From Candidatus Freyarchaeum deiterrae (GTDB lineage: Archaea > Asgardarchaeota > Jordiarchaeia > Jordiarchaeales > Jordiarchaeaceae), in assembly GCA_037305845.1 (NCBI GenBank), contig CP147778.1, forward strand, positions 3,328,001 to 3,392,000: 64,000 nt of DNA, given 5' to 3'. Under the pieces are notes generated by a model that was not told the DNA's origin, did not search any database, and was given only the letters and a program-made list of their open reading frames with translations. The position numbers were made by a program, and so were the translations under genes. Shown piece by piece: positions 29,809 through 40,564 of this stretch; the stretch's first letter is position 1, and every line of letters starts with the position of its first letter.

Positions 29809-30146
29809 ATCACCTATACCCAGTTTTGTTCCGTTATTTTCTTTTTTATCACGAGAATGATGCTTTTTCACACATCGATTTTATATAATTTGTTTAATTA
29901 ATCACATGAATATGGTACTTTTATTTATAAATCTTTTCATAAATTAGACAATCAATCAACCAAAAAGAAAAAATGTGAACAAATGTCTAACTAAAAAATC
30001 TTTAAATTAAGCCGCTCCACTGAAAAATCAGCTACCATTAAAAAGTTTTGCCCCTTTTTTAGAAAGGGTTTTGAATATTTTCTTCTTGGGTTCCCACATT
30101 AATTTTTATATTTCCATTTTTTAGTTTTGGAGGCTGCTGTGGTTTT

Positions 30147-30422
30147 TTAGACTAGGTTTATGTATATTTTTTGCACCGCGGTTTCGCAGACCTTTCTCAC
30201 ACCATGTTCTCCGGGTTCATAGTGGGATTTTAGTAATCCTACTTTTTCTAGGATTTTAATTTGGGCAGAAATGTTTGCTTCGGTTTGATTTAGTTTTGCC
30301 GCTATTCGGCTTACGTCCATTTTCTGCTCTGAGAGTATTTTTAGAAGTTGCAGTCTGGTCTCCGACGCCAAGGCTTTAGCTACCTTCGCCACTTCATCCC
30401 CTTTAACACTCAATTCCGCCAT
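30147..30422 (-). CDS. ArsR-family winged-helix regulator
   Basis: KALASETRLQLLKIL...ANISAQIKILEKVGL. Confidence 0.85.
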   Translation of the reverse strand: MAELSVKGDEVAKVAKALASETRLQLLKILSEQKMDVSRIAAKLNQTEANISAQIKILEKVGLLKSHYEPGEHGVRKVCETAVQKIYINLV

Positions 30423-30706
30423 CCTAAAACACTTCCCTTTCCTTTCTCTACTTTTAGTGAGCCTAAGGCATTCAATCGGTTTAAAATTTTAACTAATTAT
30501 AAATACGTAAGAAATATATTCAAATATTCCTTATCCCAACTTGTATAACTAAACCTTTTCCCATTTAAAAATATTTCTATAAGAACACTCCCGAATAGAA
30601 ACAATAGAAGAATAAAAATACCAACACTAAAAATCACCAATTAGTAAATCCTCAATTCAAGTCGAATAATAAGGAGGTCCTTCAAAAAATAATTCTAAAA
30701 GCCAAG

Positions 30707-32188
30707 TCAATGATTACGTTTATTTTCTATCTTTGAGACTCTATCTTCTAAACTGTCCAGTCTTTGCATGATCCTTTTTAACACCTCTTTTCCAGCCACC
30801 TCACTTTTTAGCGTGTAGCTTTTATCCGCTTGTGGTATAATGATTTCAGAGTCCTTCAGTATCTTATCCTTCTGAAATATTTGGCTCAGAGATTCCACAT
30901 CCGGCGGTTCACCATGTACCAGAAATATTTTCTCCGGCTTACAACTTCTGGCGAAAGTTCGAAGATCATCAGCCGCAGCATGAGCACTCAAACCCTCAAC
31001 CTTAGCCACCTTAATCTCCACTTCCAACTCCACCTCACTCCACTCATACTCATCATTCAGCAGAGTAATCTTAACCTTCTTCTCACCATCCAGTATTCTA
31101 CGGCCAGGAGTATCCTCAGCCTCGTAGCTTACAAAGAGCAACAGGTTCTCCGGACTGTTTAGTTTGGAGAGATAGAAGGGAGACCAACCACCATGTAGCA
31201 TCCCGCTGGGTGAAAGAATTATCGCCGGCTTTTTACTCCGAATCACCTCCAATCTCTGCTCCATAGAATCCAAGGGCGTAAAGTTCCCTAGAAACGGGTT
31301 CTGCCTAGTCTGGTAGAACTGGTTCTTAACCTCTTCATTCATGTAGGCAACATGCGCATCGTATACTTTCTGAGTCTCCTTAATCATACCATCGTAATAC
31401 AGAGGATAAGGAAGATTGCGGAGACTAAACAGACGCATAATTTCCTGACTCCGGGCGAAAGCAAACGCAGGTATCAAAATTTTGCCATGAGGATGCGCCT
31501 CAAAATAGTTTCTGACTATTTCAGTCAAACTACTGTACACCTGCTTAATGGAAGGATGCTGAAGCGTCGCACCATAAGTTGACTCCATTACCAGCCAGTC
31601 ACACCGCACACCGGTTTCAGCGGGATTGAGGTGATTGCTCCTATAAAATCCCCCAATATCCCCTGCGCAGATAAGAGTACCATAATCAGACTCGATTTTG
31701 AGAAAACCGCTGCCCAGCACATGACCCGACTCAAAAAAAGTAATAGTAAAATCACCAACATCGAAAGAGGAGTGATAATTAACAGTTTTACAACTACTCA
31801 GAGCTTCGACGAGATCCTGATACGTGTAAAGCGGCGTTACTCCAAGCTTCTCCCACTCAATCTGCTGCAGCTTCAAAGAGTCCCTCAGCATTATGTGACT
31901 GAGAGCAAGAGTGGGCGGAGTGCAAAAAACGCCCTTAAAATTCGGAGAAAGCTTTTTCAGAGCGAAAAGCAGTGGCAAGGCACCAGTGTGGTCTATATGA
32001 GCATGAGTCAAAATAACCGCATCCACAGCGTCAATCTTGTCCAGACTCGGATACTCCGTAGTCTCACCCAGCTTTAAGCCGCAATCCACTAGAATCTTCG
32101 TTTCATCCAATTCCAGCAAGATGCCACTACGTCCAATCTCGCGAACCCCGCCTAGAAAACGGATTTCCAAACAGTTCACCAACCGCAT
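30707..32188 (-). CDS. Metallo-beta-lactamase/beta-CASP ribonuclease (CPSF-like, no KH domains)
   Basis: GGVREIGRS, THAHIDH, GHVLGS, ESTYG, SAHA. Confidence 0.9.
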   Translation of the reverse strand: MRLVNCLEIRFLGGVREIGRSGILLELDETKILVDCGLKLGETTEYPSLDKIDAVDAVILTHAHIDHTGALPLLFALKKLSPNFKGVFCTPPTLALSHIMLRDSLKLQQIEWEKLGVTPLYTYQDLVEALSSCKTVNYHSSFDVGDFTITFFESGHVLGSGFLKIESDYGTLICAGDIGGFYRSNHLNPAETGVRCDWLVMESTYGATLQHPSIKQVYSSLTEIVRNYFEAHPHGKILIPAFAFARSQEIMRLFSLRNLPYPLYYDGMIKETQKVYDAHVAYMNEEVKNQFYQTRQNPFLGNFTPLDSMEQRLEVIRSKKPAIILSPSGMLHGGWSPFYLSKLNSPENLLLFVSYEAEDTPGRRILDGEKKVKITLLNDEYEWSEVELEVEIKVAKVEGLSAHAAADDLRTFARSCKPEKIFLVHGEPPDVESLSQIFQKDKILKDSEIIIPQADKSYTLKSEVAGKEVLKRIMQRLDSLEDRVSKIENKRNH

Positions 32189-32569
32189 TTACCAGATTAT
32201 TACATTAAAATTAACACCGATGAGATTTTACTTAAAAAAGATTCCCACCGAAGGCATAAAAAAATTTTTCCAGCAACATATTTAACAAATCACTCTACCA
32301 TTAGCCTACTTTTGTAATAAATTTTCACTTCAAATAATGATTCCATTTATTTATTCTTTACTAGTAAGTAAAAATTAAGGCAGAGAATGAAGCCGAAACA
32401 ACAACACGCTTGGGGGGGGAATAAATTAAGATTCATAGGTCTGGTTTTTCATCAATGAGTTGTGAACAGAATAGGGTTAACAAAGGTTTATCAGACAATA
32501 ATCCAACTTCATATCCTACAATAATAGACATTTTCTATAATTCCAGTCGCTCTATGAGGTATAAACTAA

Positions 32570-33505
32570 ATGGTGAGAATGATTTATGATGGGGATCCCG
32601 GAATAGACGATGCATTAGCTATCCTTCTTGCAATCAAATCCGAGGTTCTGGATTTAGAAGCAGTGACCACGGTTGCTGGTAATACCACTCTGGAGAAGAC
32701 GACAAAGAACGCATTGAGAATTCTGGGACTTGCTGGTCGGCTGGATATTCCCGTAGCAGCCGGTATACCTTCTCCAATGGTTAGAGAACTGCAGACCGCT
32801 GAGTACGTTCATGGTGAGGATGGACTGGGCGGAACCTATCTTCCCTTACCCGCTGAGCAGGACAAGTGCATGGGAGCCGTAGATCTTATAATAGCAAAGA
32901 TAATGAAGAAGAAAGAAGAAATCACACTGGTTGCCTGTGGTCCACTAACTAACTTGGCAGAAGTTTATGGGAAGGAACCCAAAATTAGCGAGTATGTAAG
33001 GGATATAATAATTATGGGGGGAGCGATTTACGTTCCTGGTAATATTACGCCGCACGCCGAGTTCAACATTCACACCGACCCCGAATCCGCCAAAATAATT
33101 TTTCAATCGGATTTGCCAATAACGCTGGTTCCACTGGATGTGACTCTGAAAGCCCTTCTCACAAGTGATAATGTTGAAGAAATTCGCGAAGCAGGTACAC
33201 CGGTGACGGAATTTGCTTATCGCGCACTGAGATACAGCCTCAATTTTTCTGGACACAAGAAACTGGGTGGTTGTCCCATGCACGACCCTTTAGCCGTAGG
33301 GGTGGCAATCGATAAAGGATTTGTGGAAACCAAGAAGCTTTACGTGAATGTGGTCACCGACAATATTGTGACCTTGGGTAAAACCTTGGCGAGTGAGAAT
33401 AAGACGGGGCAGTTTGAGGAATGTGAATCCAAACTTAACGTCTGCCTTGGTGTGGATGCCCGAAGATTCATAAGATTCTTCATAGATACGATAACACTCA
33501 AATAA
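32570..33505 (+). CDS. Nucleoside hydrolase (IU-NH family)
   Basis: DGDPGIDDA, HGEDGLG, AEFNI, MHDPLA. Confidence 0.93.
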   Translation: MVRMIYDGDPGIDDALAILLAIKSEVLDLEAVTTVAGNTTLEKTTKNALRILGLAGRLDIPVAAGIPSPMVRELQTAEYVHGEDGLGGTYLPLPAEQDKCMGAVDLIIAKIMKKKEEITLVACGPLTNLAEVYGKEPKISEYVRDIIIMGGAIYVPGNITPHAEFNIHTDPESAKIIFQSDLPITLVPLDVTLKALLTSDNVEEIREAGTPVTEFAYRALRYSLNFSGHKKLGGCPMHDPLAVGVAIDKGFVETKKLYVNVVTDNIVTLGKTLASENKTGQFEECESKLNVCLGVDARRFIRFFIDTITLK

Positions 33506-33609
33506 ACCATACGACTCCTTTACTTATCCCCTCGTACTTAATTTGTTGCTAAAAGCTTGAAGAGGAAGGGGTCAAAAACTTACTACGTATAAAATGGAGG
33601 AAACTAAAC

Positions 33610-34011
33610 ATGCTTAACAAAGAGGTTAGAAAATTTTTCCAAAAACCACGAATAGCAAGACTGGCTACGATTGGAGCAGATGGCTATCCACATATCGTCC
33701 CTATATACTTCATGCTGGATGGGGATGACCTCATTTTCGGAACTGAACTAAGCAACCGTAAGGTCAGGAATGCTCTTCAAAACCCGAAGGGGGCAGTTCT
33801 CATTGGTGGTGAAAGAACTATAGAGGATGCCGGATACATGATACAGGGTGATTTGAGTGTTGAAAAAGATGTAGATCCTGAGGTAACTCGCCGATTGATT
33901 TATCGTTATGAGCCAACAGAGGAGGAGGCTGAAAAAAGCCTCGCTGAACTGGAAAACAGTGACATTGTTCTAATCCGCCTTAAAGCAAAATCCGTAATAA
34001 GAGTTTTATAA
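33610..34011 (+). CDS. Pyridoxamine 5'-phosphate oxidase-like (FMN/F420 split-barrel) protein
   Basis: RLATIGADGYPHIVPI, RKVRNALQNP. Confidence 0.85.
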   Translation: MLNKEVRKFFQKPRIARLATIGADGYPHIVPIYFMLDGDDLIFGTELSNRKVRNALQNPKGAVLIGGERTIEDAGYMIQGDLSVEKDVDPEVTRRLIYRYEPTEEEAEKSLAELENSDIVLIRLKAKSVIRVL

Positions 34012-34294
34012 TTGAGTTGGAACACATGATTTTATTCCCATCTTGAATTTAACTCTCGTTTCATGTGCCCTAGTTTCTGATGATACTTGCTTATTTTAAA
34101 GAGTAAGGGTTCCGCATTCCAAGGACTGGCACTATACTTGATGGTTGTTTCCTATTCATGATGCTAAATTCCTCAAGGGAAACATTATTATAACTAAACA
34201 AAGTTTATAACTAATCAAAGTGTTCATACCTGATTTATAATGTTTGAAACACGCGATTTCGAATAAGTAATTAATCCTTGGAGGTTTTGGGAGA

Positions 34295-34768
34295 ATGTCT
34301 TCTGCTAAAGAAAAGACTTCCGAAAAGGGAAAGCCTTCTGCTAAAGAAAAGACTTCCGAAAAGGGAAAGCCTTCTGGTAAAGAAAAGCCTTCTAGTAAGG
34401 GAAGACTTTCTGGTAAACTTTTGTCTTGGGCTTGGATAATCGGTATAGCTTTGAGTTTCGTAGCGCTCACCATTCAGCAGCTCTTTTTCCCAGGTGCTAT
34501 ACTCAGCACTTCTTTAGGCCACATTCATCACTATATGTACTCTCTGCCCATAGTAGTAGTTCTCGTAATTCTAAAGTTGTGGAAGTATGATAACTTCTGG
34601 GTTAACCTCTTGCTAGGATTCTTCATAGGCTTAGTTGCAAGCGAATTCTACTGGATACTCGTATACGGTTTCCCATCAGGGTTCTTGCAAATCTTTTACT
34701 GGATTCTAATTACGGGCTCCGACTACACAGAATGGTTTTTGATACTACTAGCCGCGGGATTATTATAG
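34295..34768 (+). CDS. Membrane protein with Lys/Ser/Glu N-terminal repeats
   Basis: GGAGG SD; repeat SAKEKTSEKGKP; about 3-4 TM helices; HIHHY motif. Confidence 0.7.
   Translation: MSSAKEKTSEKGKPSAKEKTSEKGKPSGKEKPSSKGRLSGKLLSWAWIIGIALSFVALTIQQLFFPGAILSTSLGHIHHYMYSLPIVVVLVILKLWKYDNFWVNLLLGFFIGLVASEFYWILVYGFPSGFLQIFYWILITGSDYTEWFLILLAAGLL
34299..34416 (+). repeat. Intragenic 36-bp tandem repeat (2 exact copies plus degenerate copies)
   Basis: CTTCTGCTAAAGAAAAGACTTCCGAAAAGGGAAAGC twice, followed by related 18-bp subunits. Confidence 0.85.
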
Positions 34769-34830
34769 AACACAGCCCCATAAAAACAAAAACCAGAACC
34801 AGTGAAATTCTTTCAATCATCATTGTATAA

Positions 34831-36747
34831 TTAGTGAGAGTTCTTGGTATAGATCTCTTCCCACTTCTTTTTTATCTCACCACCGATACTGGATTCCTCA
34901 AAGGTTTGCAGATTTTCACGTATATAATCTGGTAATAATTGCTGAAACCGGTTTTCGGAGTAGCGTTCATCACCTAAAATAAATATTCCTCTATCTTCCT
35001 TGGATCTTAAAACTCTGCCTAGCGACTGGGATGCTCTTCTAAGTGCTGGAACCACGTATGCATAGTACGTGCCCTTTTCTTTTCCATATAAATTCTCATA
35101 ATATTTGAGGTAGAGTCGGGTTTTTATGCTCATCCTATCAAACGGTATGCCCACGAGGAATAATCCCTCAAGCTCTCTTCCAGGGAAATCCGCTCCCTCA
35201 GCAAATCTCCCTGTGCAGGGGGCGCACAAAACACCCGGGGTCTCTCCATGAGCCGCGTCCTTGAAACCGTCAAGAATCTCTCGCGAGCTGTCACCACTCA
35301 TGCCCTCCCTCTCCACAAAGAAAACCCTACCTTTACTCTCAACCTTTTCTCTCAGCCCAGCTGCGAGTAGATCATTCTGAATCCGGTAGCTGCTGGTGAA
35401 AACTGCAATATTTGTATTAACCGTCCCCACGAAGCTCTCTATGGCATTCACATAAGCCTTCTCCATGTTTTCACTGAGCTCCTCTCCCTTAGTACTCAGA
35501 CCTCTAGTGACGTAGGCGGCTATTTTACTTCTGTCGAATGGGGAGTGGAAACTCTTTCCCGAATACTGTTCCAGACCGATGGTTTCTGCGAACGCGTTGA
35601 TGGGGTTCAGTGTGCCTGAGCAGAAGATGCAGCCTTGGAAGCTCTTCCACTTGTTCCTGAGAATTTCTGCGGCTCGCATGTCCCACATCTCAATAATAAT
35701 GTTTTCCCTCTCTCTGTAGGCTATGAAGACTACTCCCTGAACATCTAGGTTTTCCAGAACCGCCAGCCAGAAATTCGAAAGGTGAAACAGCGAGGATCGG
35801 GGATTCTTACCCTCATCCAGCTGACTCCGCCTAACCCTAACACCATACGCGTTCATAAGGTTCAAAACCTCCCCCAGCAAACCCATATTAGCCCCTATTT
35901 TTCCCAGTAAACTGTTAAGAAATCCTTTAGGGTTGAACTCCATCTCCTCCCTCGTCACTTCCTTAAAGACTTGATAAAGTTCATCCCTTAGACGGTTAAT
36001 GAGGTTCTCAACCCGGCGTGCCTCCAGAGATTCAAATCTCTGAATTTCCCTCAACGCATAGGTTAGGGTTCCCAGAGTTATGCGGTCGGAGTTCAGGTTT
36101 CCACAAACACTCTGGAGATTATGAGCCTCATCCACCACCAGAAAACTGGAAGCGAAGGGAACCAGACGCTTAACACTCCAACTCATACCGTCATCGATAA
36201 TGTAGTTGTAACTGAGCGAAACTACATCCGCGTAGGGCAAAAACTCCCTCTGGGCAAAGTAGGGACACACACCTCTCTCCCTGCAAAGCTTCAAAATCTC
36301 AGAGTAGAGCTTGGGTGCCCCGATGAAATCCTCCACATCAAGAGATCTTAATCCAAGATAATAATCACAACTCTTCTTACGACTCTCACAGAGAAATGAA
36401 ACGTCCTGGTAGTCCATTTCCCCCTCCAATCGAACATCCCTAGCAAGAAGGCACATATCCTTCTTACCCCTATAGGACAGACCGAAGAAATCCTTACCCA
36501 ATGCGTAGTTAATTATTTTCAATTCCTCTATCGGCCTGTCGGTCTCGTTTCCAGTACGCACCGCCCAAATAATCTTATGCTTCTTAACCCGGGGAAGAAG
36601 AGTGGCGAGAATCGCTGGAGTTTTTCCAAAACCAGTGGAAGCATTAAGGCACACGGTACCATTATCAATGTTCTCGGAAATAAACTCCATGAACTCCTCC
36701 TGTCCCTCTCTCGGACTATAAGGGAAAAGGTGCTTTAATCTTCCCAT
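34831..36747 (-). CDS. xpd: XPD/Rad3-family Fe-S DNA helicase
   Basis: STGFGKT, four Fe-S cysteines including CPYF, DEAHN, SGTL, QSLGRVLR. Confidence 0.9.
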   Translation of the reverse strand: MGRLKHLFPYSPREGQEEFMEFISENIDNGTVCLNASTGFGKTPAILATLLPRVKKHKIIWAVRTGNETDRPIEELKIINYALGKDFFGLSYRGKKDMCLLARDVRLEGEMDYQDVSFLCESRKKSCDYYLGLRSLDVEDFIGAPKLYSEILKLCRERGVCPYFAQREFLPYADVVSLSYNYIIDDGMSWSVKRLVPFASSFLVVDEAHNLQSVCGNLNSDRITLGTLTYALREIQRFESLEARRVENLINRLRDELYQVFKEVTREEMEFNPKGFLNSLLGKIGANMGLLGEVLNLMNAYGVRVRRSQLDEGKNPRSSLFHLSNFWLAVLENLDVQGVVFIAYRERENIIIEMWDMRAAEILRNKWKSFQGCIFCSGTLNPINAFAETIGLEQYSGKSFHSPFDRSKIAAYVTRGLSTKGEELSENMEKAYVNAIESFVGTVNTNIAVFTSSYRIQNDLLAAGLREKVESKGRVFFVEREGMSGDSSREILDGFKDAAHGETPGVLCAPCTGRFAEGADFPGRELEGLFLVGIPFDRMSIKTRLYLKYYENLYGKEKGTYYAYVVPALRRASQSLGRVLRSKEDRGIFILGDERYSENRFQQLLPDYIRENLQTFEESSIGGEIKKKWEEIYTKNSH

Positions 36748-36982
36748 TCACTCACCCTATTAAGCTCCCTTGAACGCTCTTTTATTAATAAACTCGGACT
36801 TTTGAATCCATTTTTGATTTTCTCATACTTTTCGTTGAAAAACAGCGTAATTAAACATAGCGTCCCCAATATAAAACGAAACTGGTCAATCTAAGTGGAA
36901 TGTCTCTTAAATGAAACATTTATAATATCCTTAGAAAATAATTCATATACGAAACATTATATTTATCTGGAGGTTCAGCCAA

Positions 36983-37333
36983 ACGACCAAAACCGAGTTT
37001 GTTGCCAAAACCGTACTACTCCTCCTGAATAACGCATTTCCCGAATACCAGATAAACAGAGTAAAAGCCGAGATAAGCAACCCCACAAAGTACCGAGCCT
37101 TAAAAGAACTCGAAAAAATAGGATTCGCTCAGCAGAGCACTCCCAGAAGCAAAAAATGGATAGCCGGAAAAGAACTAATGACTTTTATGTCGAACAACTT
37201 TTCAGGCACACCGGCATTATCAGAACTAATAGTAAACATAGTGGAAACAACCGGAAAAACGGAATGGGAGAAAAGAAAGTTCATAAGATACCTCATAGAC
37301 GACCTAAAAAAATACTACCAAATCTCCGATTGA
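36983..37333 (+). CDS. Winged-helix protein missed by the ORF track (ACG start or start-loss pseudogene)
   Basis: 117-codon open frame after GGAGG SD beginning ACG; ISNPTKYRALKELEKIGFAQQ...KKWIAG wHTH pattern. Confidence 0.55.
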   Translation, partial: TTKTEFVAKTVLLLLNNAFPEYQINRVKAEISNPTKYRALKELEKIGFAQQSTPRSKKWIAGKELMTFMSNNFSGTPALSELIVNIVETTGKTEWEKRKFIRYLIDDLKKYYQISD

Positions 37334-37468
37334 TAAACCCTCCATTGTTGCGACTAGAAACATGCCAATGGAAATACAAAGCGGGTTACTTTTCTGGTTC
37401 TCCCTCTTACATATACTGCGGCTTGTGAATCTTTATTATACAAAAAGATATTAGTATGTCGGAAAGAT

Positions 37469-38158
37469 TTATACTTCAAAACATTTTTTTGATTTCGGGA
37501 GCGTGGCAGCAATTTTAACTACAAGTTCGGCGATTCGCTCAGGAGGTATGCCTCCCCTTTCTCCCGAAAATTCAAACTGCAGATCCGTATCCACTGCGCC
37601 CGGGCATATTGAGTAAACCCTAATTCCGCGGCCAGAAACTTCTTCATTAAGGGCTTCTGAAAACCCTCGAACTCCGAATTTTGTGGCGCAGTAAGTTACC
37701 ATTCCCTCAATGCCGTACTCTCCCGCCTCTGATGACATATTGATGATGACCCCTGATTTTCGGGAAAGCATAAGGTTTATAACCGCTCGCGTCATAAACA
37801 GTACTCCTTTTAAATTAGTATCAATAAGGTTGCTAATAGAAGAATAGCTCTGTTTTGAAAAATCTCCGCCCCAAATAATTCCAGCGTTGTTTATCAAAAC
37901 ATCTATTTTTCCGTAACGCGAAAACACTTCGTCTATAAATTTTTTTACTTCTTGATCATTGCTCACATCAGCAACTTCTGCAAATATTTCTCCAAATTTC
38001 TCCAACTCTTTTTCTGCCTTTTCAACATCCTTCTGGCCGATTGCGCACATGGCGACTTTTGCCCCGCGCTCCAAAAACAGTTTTGCATCCACGAATCCGA
38101 TACCCTTTGATCCACCAGTTATAACTACTATTTTATCTCTAAAGGCATTCTTATCCAC
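37469..38158 (-). CDS. Short-chain dehydrogenase/reductase
   Basis: TGGSKGIG, NNAG, YCATK. Confidence 0.92.
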   Translation of the reverse strand: MDKNAFRDKIVVITGGSKGIGFVDAKLFLERGAKVAMCAIGQKDVEKAEKELEKFGEIFAEVADVSNDQEVKKFIDEVFSRYGKIDVLINNAGIIWGGDFSKQSYSSISNLIDTNLKGVLFMTRAVINLMLSRKSGVIINMSSEAGEYGIEGMVTYCATKFGVRGFSEALNEEVSGRGIRVYSICPGAVDTDLQFEFSGERGGIPPERIAELVVKIAATLPKSKKCFEV

Positions 38159-38447
38159 ACCCTTTTCCTCCTATTATTTTAAATCTCTTTTTCGCATAAA
38201 TGAATTTAGAAGGAGTATTAAAGCTCAATACTCATCTTATTCTTTAGCTACCACTACGGATTGGAGGCATATTGATTATGCCCCGACCGTTATATATTCG
38301 CGAAGTGCTAGCAAACCGCGCGATTTAACCTTTATATATGATTATTGCAGTATCTCTTTTATTAGGTGGAGTATGTTGCCTAACAGCAGGCGGAGCCCGC
38401 CCCGACCTGAAACGTTTCGCCGATGAATTTATGCGGAAGATGCCATT

Positions 38448-39323
38448 ATGACAGAACAAAGGTTTGGACATACGGCGCTTGGCACAGCAGTGTGTCGTTT
38501 TATCGAACAATTCCAGCCCGAGGAAACCCGGCTTTTTAACGATTCGATAGTCAAAGACATGGTCGGCACATCCATCCGGGCGTTGATGCAATCCGCCAGA
38601 ATGCGCAATTTCATGATAAAACGAACAGATTCCATCATGCAAGGGATTTACGGAGCCCAGATTTGTCGTACGCGCTTTATAGATGATGCCGTTCAGACCG
38701 CCCTATCGCAGGGAATCGAACAATTGGTAATCTTGGGTGCTGGGTTTGATACGCGTCCCTATCGCTTAACTTGTATGGAGCGCGTGAAAGCGATTGAAGT
38801 TGACCTACCATCAGCGCAGGAAGACAAAAAGAAGAAGCTCCAAAAACACTTCGGCCGGTTGCCGGAAAATGTAACTTTTATCCCCATCAACTTCAATACA
38901 CAGAGCCTAGAAGCCGTCTTAACCGGAACAGACTTCGACCCTTCCAGGCCGGTGGTGTTTATTTGGGAAGGCGTTACGCAATATCTCTTGGAGGAAGCCG
39001 TCCGCCGGACACTAGACTTTGTTAGCAAATCGGCTCCTGGAAGCATCCTCGTGTTCACCTACATCTTGAAAAGCATTATCGAGCGGCGTTCAGATATTCC
39101 GGGTGCGGATAAAATGATGGATTTTTTGGCGAAAAATAATACTCCCTTCCTTTTCGGTCTGGAACCCTCTAGTGTTCCATCTTTTTTGAAGCCATTTCAT
39201 CTTAACCTGATAGCAGACGTTGGGAATGCAGATTATCAAGCAAGATGTCTCAAGCCTCTGGGACGGAACCTTGTTGTGTCCGAAGGTGAACGGGTTGTTC
39301 AAGCGACTGTTGTTCGTTCCTGA
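38448..39323 (+). CDS. SAM-dependent methyltransferase, leucine carboxyl methyltransferase-like family
   Basis: RTRFIDD, QLVILGAGFDTR, EVDLP, WEGVTQYL. Confidence 0.88.
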   Translation: MTEQRFGHTALGTAVCRFIEQFQPEETRLFNDSIVKDMVGTSIRALMQSARMRNFMIKRTDSIMQGIYGAQICRTRFIDDAVQTALSQGIEQLVILGAGFDTRPYRLTCMERVKAIEVDLPSAQEDKKKKLQKHFGRLPENVTFIPINFNTQSLEAVLTGTDFDPSRPVVFIWEGVTQYLLEEAVRRTLDFVSKSAPGSILVFTYILKSIIERRSDIPGADKMMDFLAKNNTPFLFGLEPSSVPSFLKPFHLNLIADVGNADYQARCLKPLGRNLVVSEGERVVQATVVRS

Positions 39324-39417
39324 TACATGATTGAACGCCAACACAAAGTCGTCTGTCGGCTTTTGATTTGATGCATCCTGTATCTTTCTAATAGAGTATA
39401 TACAATATTATTTTGAG

Positions 39418-39978
39418 TCATTTCTTTCGAAAGCGTATTGGAAGAAACATGGGTACCTTTTTTCGATACTCGATGTACTTTTGACCCCAAAAGCGGACTA
39501 GGTCATCCTCTTCTGTTTTCGCTAAATACCAAAATAGTAGAATAAGCAGCGTCGATGCCGCTATAGCGTAAATGCTCAGGAATATCAGGGAAAATGCATA
39601 ATTCAGCGTAATAACTATAGAATATAATGGATGTCTCACATGACTGTAGGGACCAGTAGTCATAAGCTCGGCAAAGTCGCTCGCCTTCTCATGCCTTTTA
39701 GGAAATCTTCGGTGTATGATTACCATTAGCGCTAAGCAAACTAGTGAGAGCGATACTCCAAAAATCATAATAGCTTTGCCCAACCAGGTCCCAGCTAGTA
39801 GCGAATTAAAAGCATAGCCATTGGAACCCAAAAAGATACCCGCTAGTAGCAAATTAAGATCATAGGTAAAAGAGCCCATTAAGGTTCCAGCTAATAGTGT
39901 TGTCGAATTGAAACTATAACCACAAGTCACAATCAATACGAAATAGTTGATGAAGAAAATCAATCTGCGAACGCGCAT
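39418..39978 (-). CDS. Isoprenylcysteine carboxyl methyltransferase/PEMT family membrane protein
   Basis: LMTTGPYSHVRHPLY, EEDDL, YRKKVP. Confidence 0.85.
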   Translation of the reverse strand: MRVRRLIFFINYFVLIVTCGYSFNSTTLLAGTLMGSFTYDLNLLLAGIFLGSNGYAFNSLLAGTWLGKAIMIFGVSLSLVCLALMVIIHRRFPKRHEKASDFAELMTTGPYSHVRHPLYSIVITLNYAFSLIFLSIYAIAASTLLILLFWYLAKTEEDDLVRFWGQKYIEYRKKVPMFLPIRFRKK

Positions 39979-40105
39979 AATTCCGCCTCATTATGAGCCA
40001 TCAGGCCATTAGTTTCAATTCCTTCCGCTACACAGCTAGTGATATATTTACCATGAGCATTTTTTAGTGTTACATCCTTTTTCAGTTAGTACCATAACGC
40101 TGCCT

Positions 40106-40564
40106 CTATCTGGTCCACACTTGCCGCGCAGCGAACCCTTTGGTTTTTAACGAAATGTCGATTAGCTCAATGGTTTGGGCTTCAATTTTTAGAAAACTGG
40201 TGTTTTCTGGGAGCTCTTTAATTCCCAGTTCTTTCACAGACTTTTCCCATTGATACACAGAAGATGCCTCTTTGAATTCTTCCAAATTTTCTTTACTGAT
40301 TATTTTTGCTTCTCCAGTTATTTGGACTCCTTTAACGCTTAGCCACCCCGTGTAAGGGGCGAAGATGCCAAGACTAACTTTTGGATTAGCTCGTATATTT
40401 TCTATCTTCCTGCCTAGTTCCCCTATCATGTACAGGGTAGTGCCCTTAGAATAGTACTCGATAGGGGTTGCTCTAGAAATATTATCTTTACAAGTCGCCA
40501 AAACACACATGTTCTGCGACTTCAAGAAGTTTGTGATATGCTTTTCTAGTTTGCTTCTAGGCAT
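40106..40564 (-). CDS. Pyridoxamine 5'-phosphate oxidase-like protein
   Basis: CVLAT...RATP, RKIENIRANPKVSL, GVQITG. Confidence 0.82.
   Translation of the reverse strand: MPRSKLEKHITNFLKSQNMCVLATCKDNISRATPIEYYSKGTTLYMIGELGRKIENIRANPKVSLGIFAPYTGWLSVKGVQITGEAKIISKENLEEFKEASSVYQWEKSVKELGIKELPENTSFLKIEAQTIELIDISLKTKGFAARQVWTR

Noticed and set aside
37156-37428. 90-aa ORF in the track
   Set aside because: Alternative frame of the more protein-like wHTH frame 36983-37333
38370-39360. Integron cassette (GCCTAAC / CGCCAAC near the LCM-like gene)
   Set aside because: No matching GTTRRRY end with an attC-like palindrome and no integrase
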